IMG/VR virus record: IMGVR_UViG_3300021478_000001
Location: 1 to 64,000 of that record
Direction: 5' to 3' (one strand)
DNA length: 64,000 nucleotides
Source of the DNA: a virus
This document shows, one piece after another, positions 1 through 8,442 of the stretch. Below the pieces are notes generated by a model. That model saw nothing but the letters and a program-made list of their open reading frames with translations. It was not told where the DNA came from and did not search any database. The position numbers were made by a program, and so were the translations under genes. Numbering within the stretch: position 1 is the stretch's first letter; each line of letters opens with the position of its first letter.

Positions 1-1
1 A

Positions 2-184
2 TCATATGCGCTCCGGTGGTTCGATAGCCTCAAGTATTGCTTCTTCGCGTGTCATGCCGCGAACGTTTTCACATTCGTCCGTGGACAATTGCTCGAACGT
101 AATTCCTTGCTTGCCACATGCAGCACAGGTGCCAATAAATGGCAGCCCCTTCGGCGAAGTCCGATTAACGAGAAGATGTTTCAT
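2..184 (-). CDS. small hypothetical protein with CxxC motif
   Basis: ORF with GGAG RBS before ATG at 184; CAAC motif. Confidence 0.5.
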   Translation of the reverse strand: MKHLLVNRTSPKGLPFIGTCAACGKQGITFEQLSTDECENVRGMTREEAILEAIEPPERI

Positions 185-316
185 ATGCGCTCCAGGTAGT
201 CGAAGGGACGAGACCACATTGAATTCCAGTCGGGATGCTGGCGCACCGGCAGCGGCGGAATAGGCCGCAGCCTTGCCTCATCTGGAAGATAGCGAGAAAC
301 CGGTCTATCATGAGAT

Positions 317-550
317 TTATTTGATAACGGTGATGGTGACGGCTACCTTGGCACCTACTTTGAAATTAGATGGTGGATCATCCTTCCCTAAGAACAACCA
401 TTCAGTGCTGCCTTCCAACAGAATGGCCCATCCCATGTCTTCAGTCTTGGTTTCTATTTCACTGTTAGGGTTATTTGGATCCTTCTTCCAGCTCCGCAGC
501 AATTGTATCTTGCGTTCTAGCTTCTTGATGCTGGAATAGAATTTGATCAT
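317..550 (-). CDS. hypothetical protein
   Basis: ORF overlapping the stop of the upstream gene in a tightly packed minus-strand operon. Confidence 0.5.
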   Translation of the reverse strand: MIKFYSSIKKLERKIQLLRSWKKDPNNPNSEIETKTEDMGWAILLEGSTEWLFLGKDDPPSNFKVGAKVAVTITVIK

Positions 551-768
551 AGCGGATAGAGCTCCTTCAACTTATTGATGCCCAATTTTTCCTCACCGTC
601 TTTGATTACTATGCGTTTGAGTATTCGTTCACCTCCAGCTGATGGGAACATGAGATTTCCTAGTTGATTTGTTTGCAACATGTCATTGACGCCTCCAGCA
701 AAAGGAGGCCCATGCCAGATTTGTGCTTCGGCGCCTTTAGTTGATCGTAGATATACCAGTTCACTCAT
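547..768 (-). CDS. hypothetical protein
   Basis: Coupled ORF with GGAG RBS. Confidence 0.55.
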   Translation of the reverse strand: MSELVYLRSTKGAEAQIWHGPPFAGGVNDMLQTNQLGNLMFPSAGGERILKRIVIKDGEEKLGINKLKELYPL

Positions 769-931
769 GATGATGCTCCTTTTCTAGCTCCAGATTGCGT
801 GCCATAGCACAGATGTGATCACAGCAATTCTGTACTGGTCTATGGATCATGGAGAAAGCTGGATGGTTCCTGGCTAGTTCCGAAATCTTTTCAGCTAAAT
901 CACGCAGGTCTTTGCTTTCTGGGGTGCTCAT
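761..931 (-). CDS. hypothetical protein
   Basis: ATG at 931 overlaps the polymerase stop (ATGA). Confidence 0.5.
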   Translation of the reverse strand: MSTPESKDLRDLAEKISELARNHPAFSMIHRPVQNCCDHICAMARNLELEKEHHHE

Positions 932-2928
932 TCTTTTTTCTCCATCCAACTATCACCTATTTCTGCATCAACTTTCATAGGGAGAGCCAGCGGCACAGCA
1001 ATACGCATGATCTCGGCAATTTCTTGTGCTTGCTTTTCATTTGCGATGCTGAAGCATAACTCGTCATGTATTTGCAGCACCGGGCAATATCCGGCACGCC
1101 ACACGTCACGCATGGCTATCTTGGTCTGGCGCGCAGCGCCACCCTGTATCAAAGCATTCATCGCTTTGTTGGTACGACTGCGATGTAACTTCTGCTGATA
1201 CCATTTATTTTCTGGATCATGCACGCGGCGTTGCGCTTCATTCCAGCGGCAGTCTGCTTGATAGTCTGGATTATTATCCTTTTCGTATTTAGCCCGCAAC
1301 ACATTCCACCAGTCAAACCGTATTCGTGCACCATCCAACAGTACAATATAGCCGCGATCCTCTACTCTTTCCTTGCACTTGGTATAAAGCATCTTGACAA
1401 ATGGCAGACGCTCATCATACTGATTCATAATGCGTGCTGCGGCCTCTTTGCTTTGCCCTATCATCATGGCAAATTTATCAACACCAGCACCATAGGCTTT
1501 CGCGAAGTTGCAATCCTTTGCTGGCTTTCTTTCCAATCCTGTCATCTCGGCAACCATGGCATGAAAGTCAGTATTTGGATCTTCTTGATAGCGTTGCCTT
1601 GCCGCCGCCGCCCCGGATAGCTTTTGCAGATAAGCATAGTGCACCATGAGGCGGAATTCCTGCTGACTGTAATCAACACTCAGCCATCGTTCTCCATCTT
1701 CACCAATGAAGACACTGCGAATTTCTGCCATCTCTGGATCACGATGTGGTATCTGTTGCAATGGTGGATCAGCATAGCTGAATCTATAAGTGCGTGTGCC
1801 GCCACTACTGTCTTCATCATCGCCAGGACTTTCCCCGCGATACTGATTGATAGTTGGATGTATGCGTGAATCCTCTGTGCAGAAATCCATGAGATAACCT
1901 TTAACGAATTTCTCGGCGGCTTCTTCTCGGCTTTTGGCACGGGTAATTAATCGCGGCAACCAATGAGGATGTTTCTTCATCCACTTGGCTTCAAAGCTTC
2001 CACGAGGAGAACCATCGCGGTTAGGCTTATTGGTATATGGATAAGAAATTTGTTCAGCTTGGAAAACTCTTTCTAACCATTTGACACTGCGAATATCATC
2101 AATGCCAGTAGTCTTTCCTATTCTATCTGTCAGATCAACCAAAGCAACTTGACTTTGTTCCTTGAAGCGGTAATACAGTTGTTCACATTTGTCATAATCT
2201 ATGCAGATGCCACGCTGGCGCATGGCATGGACCATGGGAACCAATTCCATTTCTAGATCATATGCGGCTGATAGTTCCTCCTTTATTATGATCGGCCGCA
2301 AAGCATGCGCCAACGCGAGCGTGCCTAGCGCGTCAGCCTCACCATAGGTGCCAACATAACGCGCGGGCATCTGATAAATGTCTTTCTTAGGATCAAATCC
2401 CATTGCTTGCGCATAATCGCGCAGCACCTCCTCTTGTTTTCCCGGCACATCATAGGTCTTGCACAGAGTATCCAATCTGTAATTCAAACCTCCTTCATCA
2501 ATCATGTAGGCCATGCAAGAGGAGTCATCAATTTGTTGAGGCGGCGGCAAGCCTAGATCACTGCTTATCCAGCCTATATCATAGGCAGCATTGTGATAAA
2601 TGAAGCGAACTTTTTTCTGCAACAAGTGCCGCAGCCAACGCCGCACTTGGCCTCTATCAAAGTTGCTGCTCTCTGGATGTGTGATTGGAATATATATTGA
2701 ACGATAATCTTCTTCCTTCCAAGCAATAGCTATGCCACATATATGTCCCGCCTTGGTTGCCCATCCCGGTCCCTTGTTTTCTTTCAATCCTATATCCTGA
2801 GTTTCACAGTCCAGGGCAATTTCTGCAACACTTGTCAGTGCTGGTAGTTCCTTTGGTGCGATCCAAGTGCTGTTAGGCAGCACGAATGAGAATGGTTGCT
2901 GGATGCCACCTACGTTTTTCTTAAGCAT
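928..2928 (-). CDS. polA: family A DNA polymerase with 3'-5' exonuclease
   Basis: ExoI DCETQD, ExoII HNAAYD, ExoIII YGEADA; motif A DYSQQEFR, motif B KDCNFAKAYG, motif C IHDEL. Confidence 0.96.
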   Translation of the reverse strand: MLKKNVGGIQQPFSFVLPNSTWIAPKELPALTSVAEIALDCETQDIGLKENKGPGWATKAGHICGIAIAWKEEDYRSIYIPITHPESSNFDRGQVRRWLRHLLQKKVRFIYHNAAYDIGWISSDLGLPPPQQIDDSSCMAYMIDEGGLNYRLDTLCKTYDVPGKQEEVLRDYAQAMGFDPKKDIYQMPARYVGTYGEADALGTLALAHALRPIIIKEELSAAYDLEMELVPMVHAMRQRGICIDYDKCEQLYYRFKEQSQVALVDLTDRIGKTTGIDDIRSVKWLERVFQAEQISYPYTNKPNRDGSPRGSFEAKWMKKHPHWLPRLITRAKSREEAAEKFVKGYLMDFCTEDSRIHPTINQYRGESPGDDEDSSGGTRTYRFSYADPPLQQIPHRDPEMAEIRSVFIGEDGERWLSVDYSQQEFRLMVHYAYLQKLSGAAAARQRYQEDPNTDFHAMVAEMTGLERKPAKDCNFAKAYGAGVDKFAMMIGQSKEAAARIMNQYDERLPFVKMLYTKCKERVEDRGYIVLLDGARIRFDWWNVLRAKYEKDNNPDYQADCRWNEAQRRVHDPENKWYQQKLHRSRTNKAMNALIQGGAARQTKIAMRDVWRAGYCPVLQIHDELCFSIANEKQAQEIAEIMRIAVPLALPMKVDAEIGDSWMEKKE

Positions 2929-2937
2929 TCATGCCTC

Positions 2938-3423
2938 CTAATGTCGGCAGTCTGGGCAGTCATCTGCATCTGCATAACCATGCGGACATGGGACATTTGG
3001 GGCATTTTTAAGAATTTCATACGCGGGTTGTCCTATCAATTTTCCGCGCTCGATCCCATCTAATCCGGTATCATCGTCATCTTGTTGTGCGTGATGGCCA
3101 CCATCTTCTGCACTCTGTTTTTGACTTAAACGTGCACGATACTCTGCCTCTACCAGCAATAGATAACGACGTAGATCTTGAATTTCTGCAAGAGTTGTGC
3201 CATCTGCACCAGGAGTATCGTCTTCATTTATGGCTGTGAAAACATTGTAGCTGAACACTTCAACCATATTTTCTAAACGATCCCATTTTCTAGCGAGCAT
3301 CATGAAGGCACCGACTCCTCCACGCTTCTTCCAGCTTCCGCGATATGTTCCTTCTTTAATTTCTAGTATTGTCACATCATCAAGAGCTACTTGTTTCAGG
3401 TATTCCATATGCTTCATGTTCAT
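2938..3423 (-). CDS. nucleotide-modification-associated all-alpha NTP pyrophosphohydrolase-like protein (Nmad1/DUF1599-like)
   Basis: YRGSWKKRGGVGAFMMLARKWDRLEN and TLAEIQDLRRYLLL helices; start moved to ATG 3423, which overlaps the TS stop and has a GGAG RBS. Confidence 0.6.
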   Translation of the reverse strand: MNMKHMEYLKQVALDDVTILEIKEGTYRGSWKKRGGVGAFMMLARKWDRLENMVEVFSYNVFTAINEDDTPGADGTTLAEIQDLRRYLLLVEAEYRARLSQKQSAEDGGHHAQQDDDDTGLDGIERGKLIGQPAYEILKNAPNVPCPHGYADADDCPDCRH

Positions 3424-4421
3424 TTCACTCTCCTTTGGATCCACTCTTTGCAAGCCATGCGCCAGTCTGGTGCTGCGATGTCGTCCGCACACAACAATGC
3501 TTCTTTATATTTCTTTTGCTTGAAAGAATGAAACGCCAGTAACGCAGGCGTGGCCACTGTTGAGAACCATAGGTTACGATAGCGACCAACTTTTTGCAGA
3601 TGAAATAATTCCCAATCAGACATGAAAGCATAAAGATCATCATCAATATCTTTAGGTTCAGTAAACATCTGCATGGCTTCGCTACTACCATCACTATAAC
3701 GATCATCTAGCAATAATTCAGGACCGGCTTGTCCCACCAATTTGTTGAACACATCCAAATAAGCGTGAGCATTGTTGCTTATCTGGTACATGACTCCGAC
3801 AGGTAGGTTACAACGTGATGCCAGATATTCTTGCAAGATGCTGAAGTGTACGGCGTTGGCACCATGCGCGCCCCATATCATGTCGTTAGACCGGCAACAT
3901 ACCGTCAGGTCTAATGCGCCATCATTGTTACGCACATAGGCGTGAGTGTTGCATGGTCGATCTTTCCAATCACCTAACAGATCATCACCATAGTCTCTTC
4001 GCACATCCCACATTTGCAACACACACTGCCGATCATGTGGATAATCTGTCAGTTTATCCACTATCACATTCAATTGATCAAAACCGAAAAAAGTACGCCA
4101 GCGACAACCATAAGCACCATGCAGCATGCCATCTTCTTCTGCGAATTGTTTGCTAAAATCCTTGATGAAATAATCCAATGGTCTTGCATCATAAAATCCA
4201 GACAGCATCCACAACGCTTCGAACATATGAAAAAATGGATTGGCATCACGAACAGGACTGAACAGCACCCGTTCCCATGGCCGCTTGGTGACGGTGCACA
4301 CCGGAACTGGACTTACTAATACTCTTCCGTTACGACTATCCTCAAACTCTGCAAAATCATTTAGATATTTGATTGTGACACTGAGTGCTTGGCATACGTT
4401 ACGAACCTCCTGGACGTGCAT
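3420..4421 (-). CDS. thymidylate synthase homologue, probable dUMP hydroxymethylase
   Basis: EALWMLSG, HGAYGCRW, DQL, PCN catalytic Cys, RSNDMIWGAHGAN (Asn at the dUMP-specificity position), NAHAY; neighbours are base-modification genes. Confidence 0.85.
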   Translation of the reverse strand: MHVQEVRNVCQALSVTIKYLNDFAEFEDSRNGRVLVSPVPVCTVTKRPWERVLFSPVRDANPFFHMFEALWMLSGFYDARPLDYFIKDFSKQFAEEDGMLHGAYGCRWRTFFGFDQLNVIVDKLTDYPHDRQCVLQMWDVRRDYGDDLLGDWKDRPCNTHAYVRNNDGALDLTVCCRSNDMIWGAHGANAVHFSILQEYLASRCNLPVGVMYQISNNAHAYLDVFNKLVGQAGPELLLDDRYSDGSSEAMQMFTEPKDIDDDLYAFMSDWELFHLQKVGRYRNLWFSTVATPALLAFHSFKQKKYKEALLCADDIAAPDWRMACKEWIQRRVK

Positions 4422-5061
4422 CGTTTCCTCCCTGTTGCAACCAGTCGCGTATTGTTTGGAAGCTTCCCTGACGGCTGAGCAAGCGGCATTTTACACCTAT
4501 CGTCCGAAGTTTGACAAATTCTTTTTTACTCTTGTCATCCAGTGCGATGATGGTGTCTTGCTTTATGTTGTGGCCGCGGTCGTGTACGGCTTGTATGCAC
4601 TTGGTTATTGGATGGTCTATGAACACAACACGAACATCCAATCTAGCTTGATGCATGATCTTGATACGTTCTAGGCTGTCGTTGAAATTCTTGCCCTCAT
4701 ACAATACATCGGCGCCTAGCTCATGATGCTTGAGAACCAACTCATAAGCATAATTCAAGCTTGGCAATGTGTCAATACCGCCATTCTGGATTTCGTAGTG
4801 GCCGGGAACAAACAAGCGACGTGTGGTATCTCCTTTGGATCTAGGACATTCTGTTTCTTCGCTAGGTTTATAACCTTTTGGGAAGCTGACTGTACAGCTA
4901 CAGTCAGGATAAGAACAACTCCATGAGCATATGTAGCCCATGGGTTTTCGCTTGTTCACTTCCGGATAAGCTATCGCGATGCGCGTTGGATATAGATCCA
5001 TAACCTTGCGCACGATCGTGCTCTTGCCAGAACCATTTGTACCTCTGATATTCACAATCAT
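4399..5061 (-). CDS. P-loop nucleotide kinase (5hmdU-DNA kinase or hmdUMP kinase)
   Basis: N-terminal Walker A IRGTNGSGKST, GGIDT, VLYEG; adjacent to the TS homologue. Confidence 0.8.
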   Translation of the reverse strand: MIVNIRGTNGSGKSTIVRKVMDLYPTRIAIAYPEVNKRKPMGYICSWSCSYPDCSCTVSFPKGYKPSEETECPRSKGDTTRRLFVPGHYEIQNGGIDTLPSLNYAYELVLKHHELGADVLYEGKNFNDSLERIKIMHQARLDVRVVFIDHPITKCIQAVHDRGHNIKQDTIIALDDKSKKEFVKLRTIGVKCRLLSRQGSFQTIRDWLQQGGNDARPGGS

Positions 5062-5252
5062 TTTCTACCCTTCTTATAACAATCTGGACACTGATGTTTC
5101 CCAGCTATCATATGCCATATCAAATTCTTGAATGTTTTTATTGCTTGATCATAATCCGCTGTTCCAACAGTAAATTTCTTTGGACAAAAATCACAGTTAA
5201 AGACTGTGCGCCCACGAACCGCACCTTTTGTTTTAGTCACTGTCATTGTCAC
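5058..5252 (-). CDS. small Zn-ribbon protein
   Basis: CDFC...CPDC; GGAGG RBS upstream of GTG 5252. Confidence 0.55.
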   Translation of the reverse strand: MTMTVTKTKGAVRGRTVFNCDFCPKKFTVGTADYDQAIKTFKNLIWHMIAGKHQCPDCYKKGRK

Positions 5253-5343
5253 TCGGTTTCCTCCATGCGAAGTTTTCTCTTTTCCCAAGCTAATCGCGTT
5301 GAATATTACGATATCGTGAATGATTGATCCTTAAATGGCATTT

Positions 5344-6375
5344 TTATTTCTCCTTCCAAGGTATACGAAGAATCTTTTCTCTAGGGCCAGTTTTCATTGC
5401 TGCCACTATATCAGCTTTAGTTTGTTCATCAGGCTTGTGCAATTTACCTTTACCTAATAAATCTGGGAGCAAGCCTACTCTATAAGATCTATGATTACAT
5501 CCATCACATACCGGGATTGCTTTCCTTTCACCACGAATAAGCATTTCACGGGCAGCCCCTAAAGCATTTCCTTGCCAAATTTCCTCCATAGATTTTTCAT
5601 TTATGTTACCACAATTATATGTTGAATCCCAAGTGTTGCAACAAATCGGAACATTACCGTCCCAGTGTACAACGAATTGCCTGAATGGATGATGACACCG
5701 TTTCCCATCCATACTATGATCTGGTGCAAAAGCTAATCCAGCATAGTTGAAAACTTTACTATGATTACCAATCTTGCTTTCCTTGTCCTGTGCAGCAATA
5801 TCTCGTATTTGTACTAATGTTCTAGTTCCACGTGGCCGACGCATATGGGGATTACCTGCTTTGTCTTGTGGATATTTGTAAAATGTGAAACCTAATGGAT
5901 GTTTTTGTCCTGAAACCAACTCTCCTTTTTCTACAAGAGCGACTATTGTCTTCGGTACAAATTTCACAGTTTCATAATCATCTAGCCCAAGCACACTCAA
6001 TCCAGCTTGAAATAATCCTGTTATGTTCGCTATAGGTCCTGGTTTGCGTAATAGACCGCTTGCATTGGTAAGCATGGTGATGTGTGCTTTAGGAAGATGT
6101 TTGCGAACGATGCCGACCATACCGATGTAGTCTGGATGCATTGTAGGTTCGCCGCGCATGGCAAAACCAACACGGCAATTCCATTTCATTTCAGCTATCT
6201 GTTGCATCACTGTAGTGATGGTTTCTTTAGACATGAACTTATATCCATGTCCTGGTTTATCTTGGATAGCTGGCATAGCACAGAACGGACAATGGATGGA
6301 GCATCCAAGAGTCAGCTCAAGCGTGACGTTGAATGGATCTTCTTGTTTTCGATATGGTCGGCGCTTCATGTCCAT
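5344..6375 (-). CDS. radical SAM protein with SPASM/twitch domain
   Basis: CSIHCPFC (CxxxCxxC), RGEPTMHP, LTNA; C-terminal CHHPF..DGNVPICC..CGNI..CDGC. Confidence 0.92.
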   Translation of the reverse strand: MDMKRRPYRKQEDPFNVTLELTLGCSIHCPFCAMPAIQDKPGHGYKFMSKETITTVMQQIAEMKWNCRVGFAMRGEPTMHPDYIGMVGIVRKHLPKAHITMLTNASGLLRKPGPIANITGLFQAGLSVLGLDDYETVKFVPKTIVALVEKGELVSGQKHPLGFTFYKYPQDKAGNPHMRRPRGTRTLVQIRDIAAQDKESKIGNHSKVFNYAGLAFAPDHSMDGKRCHHPFRQFVVHWDGNVPICCNTWDSTYNCGNINEKSMEEIWQGNALGAAREMLIRGERKAIPVCDGCNHRSYRVGLLPDLLGKGKLHKPDEQTKADIVAAMKTGPREKILRIPWKEK

Positions 6376-6383
6376 GGTTCCTT

Positions 6384-6944
6384 TCAGTAAGGTATGTCTT
6401 CAGTGGTTCTGTCCATAATAAACTTTTGTTTTGTTAAGTCAATAGTGAGTCGCATCACTTTGGCTTGATACATGGCGTTGAGAAGAGTTTGCATCTTAGA
6501 ATTTTGGAGATTGGCGTCCAAGTATTCACCAAGTAGAGTGTCTGGAGCATCATTGCGTACAATGTCTACTTCATATATGCTAGCATTAGAATTAATTGGT
6601 TCTTCATCTGATGTGGATCCATATTCAATAAAATTTCCTTCAATAGCATCCCAAGAAACTAAAACATAGTCAGCATCATCATGTGGTCGAATACCATGAT
6701 CTACTAATTCGGAGGCTTTATCTATAGGAATTAGTTTGTATTTGTTTTGTATTTGAAACATCACATGAGTTAGCTTTTCTTTAATCGCTTGTGCAAAAGA
6801 CTCAATGTTGACTGCTACGTTCATACTATAGATTTTAGAGATACAGTGTAATGCTGTTCCTTCTATTGTTTTATCTGGTTTGAAACAGATAATTTTACCA
6901 TGTCTACCAATCTTGCCGTTTGGTCTATAGAATCCCATTGACAT
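6384..6944 (-). CDS. hypothetical protein within the modification cluster
   Basis: 186-aa AT-rich ORF with GGAG RBS, no recognisable motif, ends EDIPY. Confidence 0.65.
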   Translation of the reverse strand: MSMGFYRPNGKIGRHGKIICFKPDKTIEGTALHCISKIYSMNVAVNIESFAQAIKEKLTHVMFQIQNKYKLIPIDKASELVDHGIRPHDDADYVLVSWDAIEGNFIEYGSTSDEEPINSNASIYEVDIVRNDAPDTLLGEYLDANLQNSKMQTLLNAMYQAKVMRLTIDLTKQKFIMDRTTEDIPY

Positions 6945-6993
6945 TTTAGTTCTCCCTAATTCAGGTTTGAGCGCAGATGTCGTTCAGAACCTA

Positions 6994-7938
6994 TTACATA
7001 GCACCCTCCAACTGTTTGTATGCTGCCTTGATCTTGCCGTGCAACCCATCACGCTCGGCCAAGGCGGTATTATACCACAACATCTGTTGCTCTTTCTTAA
7101 TCTTGCTGCGTTCCTCCAACATACGCGCCGCATGCACTGCATTGGACACCAGAAACTTTTCTGGATTGTATCCGGCGCGGCGCAACGTCATGCCTGCTTC
7201 TTCTTCAAACACCATGGGCAGGCCCGCACTCAGCATTTCGTAGAACCTGTTTGGTGGTGAATGGTATTCGTTGTGTGATTTGCGATCCTCCAAATAAAGA
7301 CCGAGGCCACGTTCACTTAGCCATTTGAGCAAGTCATCAGCAATACCTATGGCTTTGATTTTTTCATTGGCATAAGATTCAAATTTCTTGCTCGGGCTTG
7401 ATATCGTGATATTGCATCTTGGATCTTTGAAGAATTTGTCAAATGCCTTGATACGACCAACGCGATAACTGCCATAGTAGGCTATATCGTTCTCATGCAT
7501 GTTGCTAGGCAACGGCTTGGCCAGCATGCTCAGGCAGTTCCAGTTGATATAGGTGCTGAGTGGTGTTGCTTTGCTTTCCTTTTCACATGTCGTCCAGAAT
7601 TCTAAGTGCGACTTGCCCATCTTGCGCCGCGCCACGAACGCTTGACGGAACGGTGATTTTGCATCTCCATTGTTGATAGGAGGAACAATGGTGTAGTCTT
7701 GCTGGATCCAGACGATACGATTGGCTCCCAGGATTGCTAGACTTAGTTCTTTCAAATGTTTGCAAAAACCATAGGCACCATTGACTATGAACAAGAGGTC
7801 CAAGTTGGTGCAGTCAGCAATTTGGTCATCCCAGATCAACGGTTTCTGCAACTCATTAGACAAGAACCTTGCGACTTTCGTGCTAGCCACCATTGAGCGC
7901 TCAGTGGCCGGGATGAAGCTGAAGATCACTGTTTTCAT
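6994..7938 (-). CDS. T4 DNA beta-glucosyltransferase-like GT-B enzyme
   Basis: DLLFIVN..F..LAILGA, WIQQD, DIAYYGSYRVGR, LYLED, NRFYEMLSAGLPMVFEEE, FLVSN parallel my recollection of T4 BGT segments (DRLIVVN..LAILSA, FTD, DVIYGGSFRSG, LRVWETMASDAVMLIDEE, FYVNN). Confidence 0.75.
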   Translation of the reverse strand: MKTVIFSFIPATERSMVASTKVARFLSNELQKPLIWDDQIADCTNLDLLFIVNGAYGFCKHLKELSLAILGANRIVWIQQDYTIVPPINNGDAKSPFRQAFVARRKMGKSHLEFWTTCEKESKATPLSTYINWNCLSMLAKPLPSNMHENDIAYYGSYRVGRIKAFDKFFKDPRCNITISSPSKKFESYANEKIKAIGIADDLLKWLSERGLGLYLEDRKSHNEYHSPPNRFYEMLSAGLPMVFEEEAGMTLRRAGYNPEKFLVSNAVHAARMLEERSKIKKEQQMLWYNTALAERDGLHGKIKAAYKQLEGAM

Positions 7939-8270
7939 GCTGATTGGCCTTTCTTCATTTCTGCAATTGTAGCTGGATCATCTTTACGATGAAGGCCGCG
8001 GTCTGGATCACCAGCACCATGCCGAACACGGTAGGTGTCGAACTCATCGGCTAGTGCCATGAGTCGTATACAGAACATGGCATTGTATCCTAAGCCTATA
8101 CCAGCTTGCGCATAGGCCCGGAGTGCAGCTGGTGCCGCAGGATCACGTGCGCCTAGCACAAAGCTTGGCCACTCGACGACAGTGCCATCGCGACGCTTGA
8201 CTAGATACTTGCCTTCCGGCGTTGCTGGATTATCTCTGATTAGAGCAGTCAATGTTGGTTTCTCTTTCAT
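7935..8270 (-). CDS. conserved-type small phage protein (FVLGARDPAAPAALRAYA motif)
   Basis: GGAGG RBS before ATG 8270; stop overlaps the GT start. Confidence 0.6.
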   Translation of the reverse strand: MKEKPTLTALIRDNPATPEGKYLVKRRDGTVVEWPSFVLGARDPAAPAALRAYAQAGIGLGYNAMFCIRLMALADEFDTYRVRHGAGDPDRGLHRKDDPATIAEMKKGQSA

Positions 8271-8442
8271 TTCTTCCTCCTTTAGCACGTCGCCTACGTC
8301 TAGCTAAATTTTCACGCTCCCTCACACTCACCCGGTAGCGTATGTCTGCCTCGATAGCGCGAATTTCCGCGCATTCAAAGCAATACTTTCGAAACCTGAT
8401 GCGCTCTATTGGTGCGGCACACCGTTCACATTCACCTTTCAT
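8230..8442 (-). CDS. small Zn-finger, Arg-rich protein
   Basis: CERC...CFEC; ATG overlaps the upstream stop. Confidence 0.5.
   Translation of the reverse strand: MKGECERCAAPIERIRFRKYCFECAEIRAIEADIRYRVSVRERENLARRRRRAKGGRNERETNIDCSNQR

Noticed and set aside
2-193. 13-bp direct repeat TCATATGCGCTCC at 2 and 181
   Set aside because: It is the reverse complement of GGAGCGCATATGA, a reused RBS plus start codon
3420-4421. TS homologue as T4-like dCMP hydroxymethylase feeding the BGT
   Set aside because: Asn rather than Asp at the specificity position and 5hmU-kinase-type neighbours; not fully excluded because the alignment needs a one-residue insertion
5344-6375. rSAM as QueE of a 7-deazaguanine pathway
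   Set aside because: It has a SPASM-type extension, and no FolE, QueD, QueC or DpdA-like gene is visible
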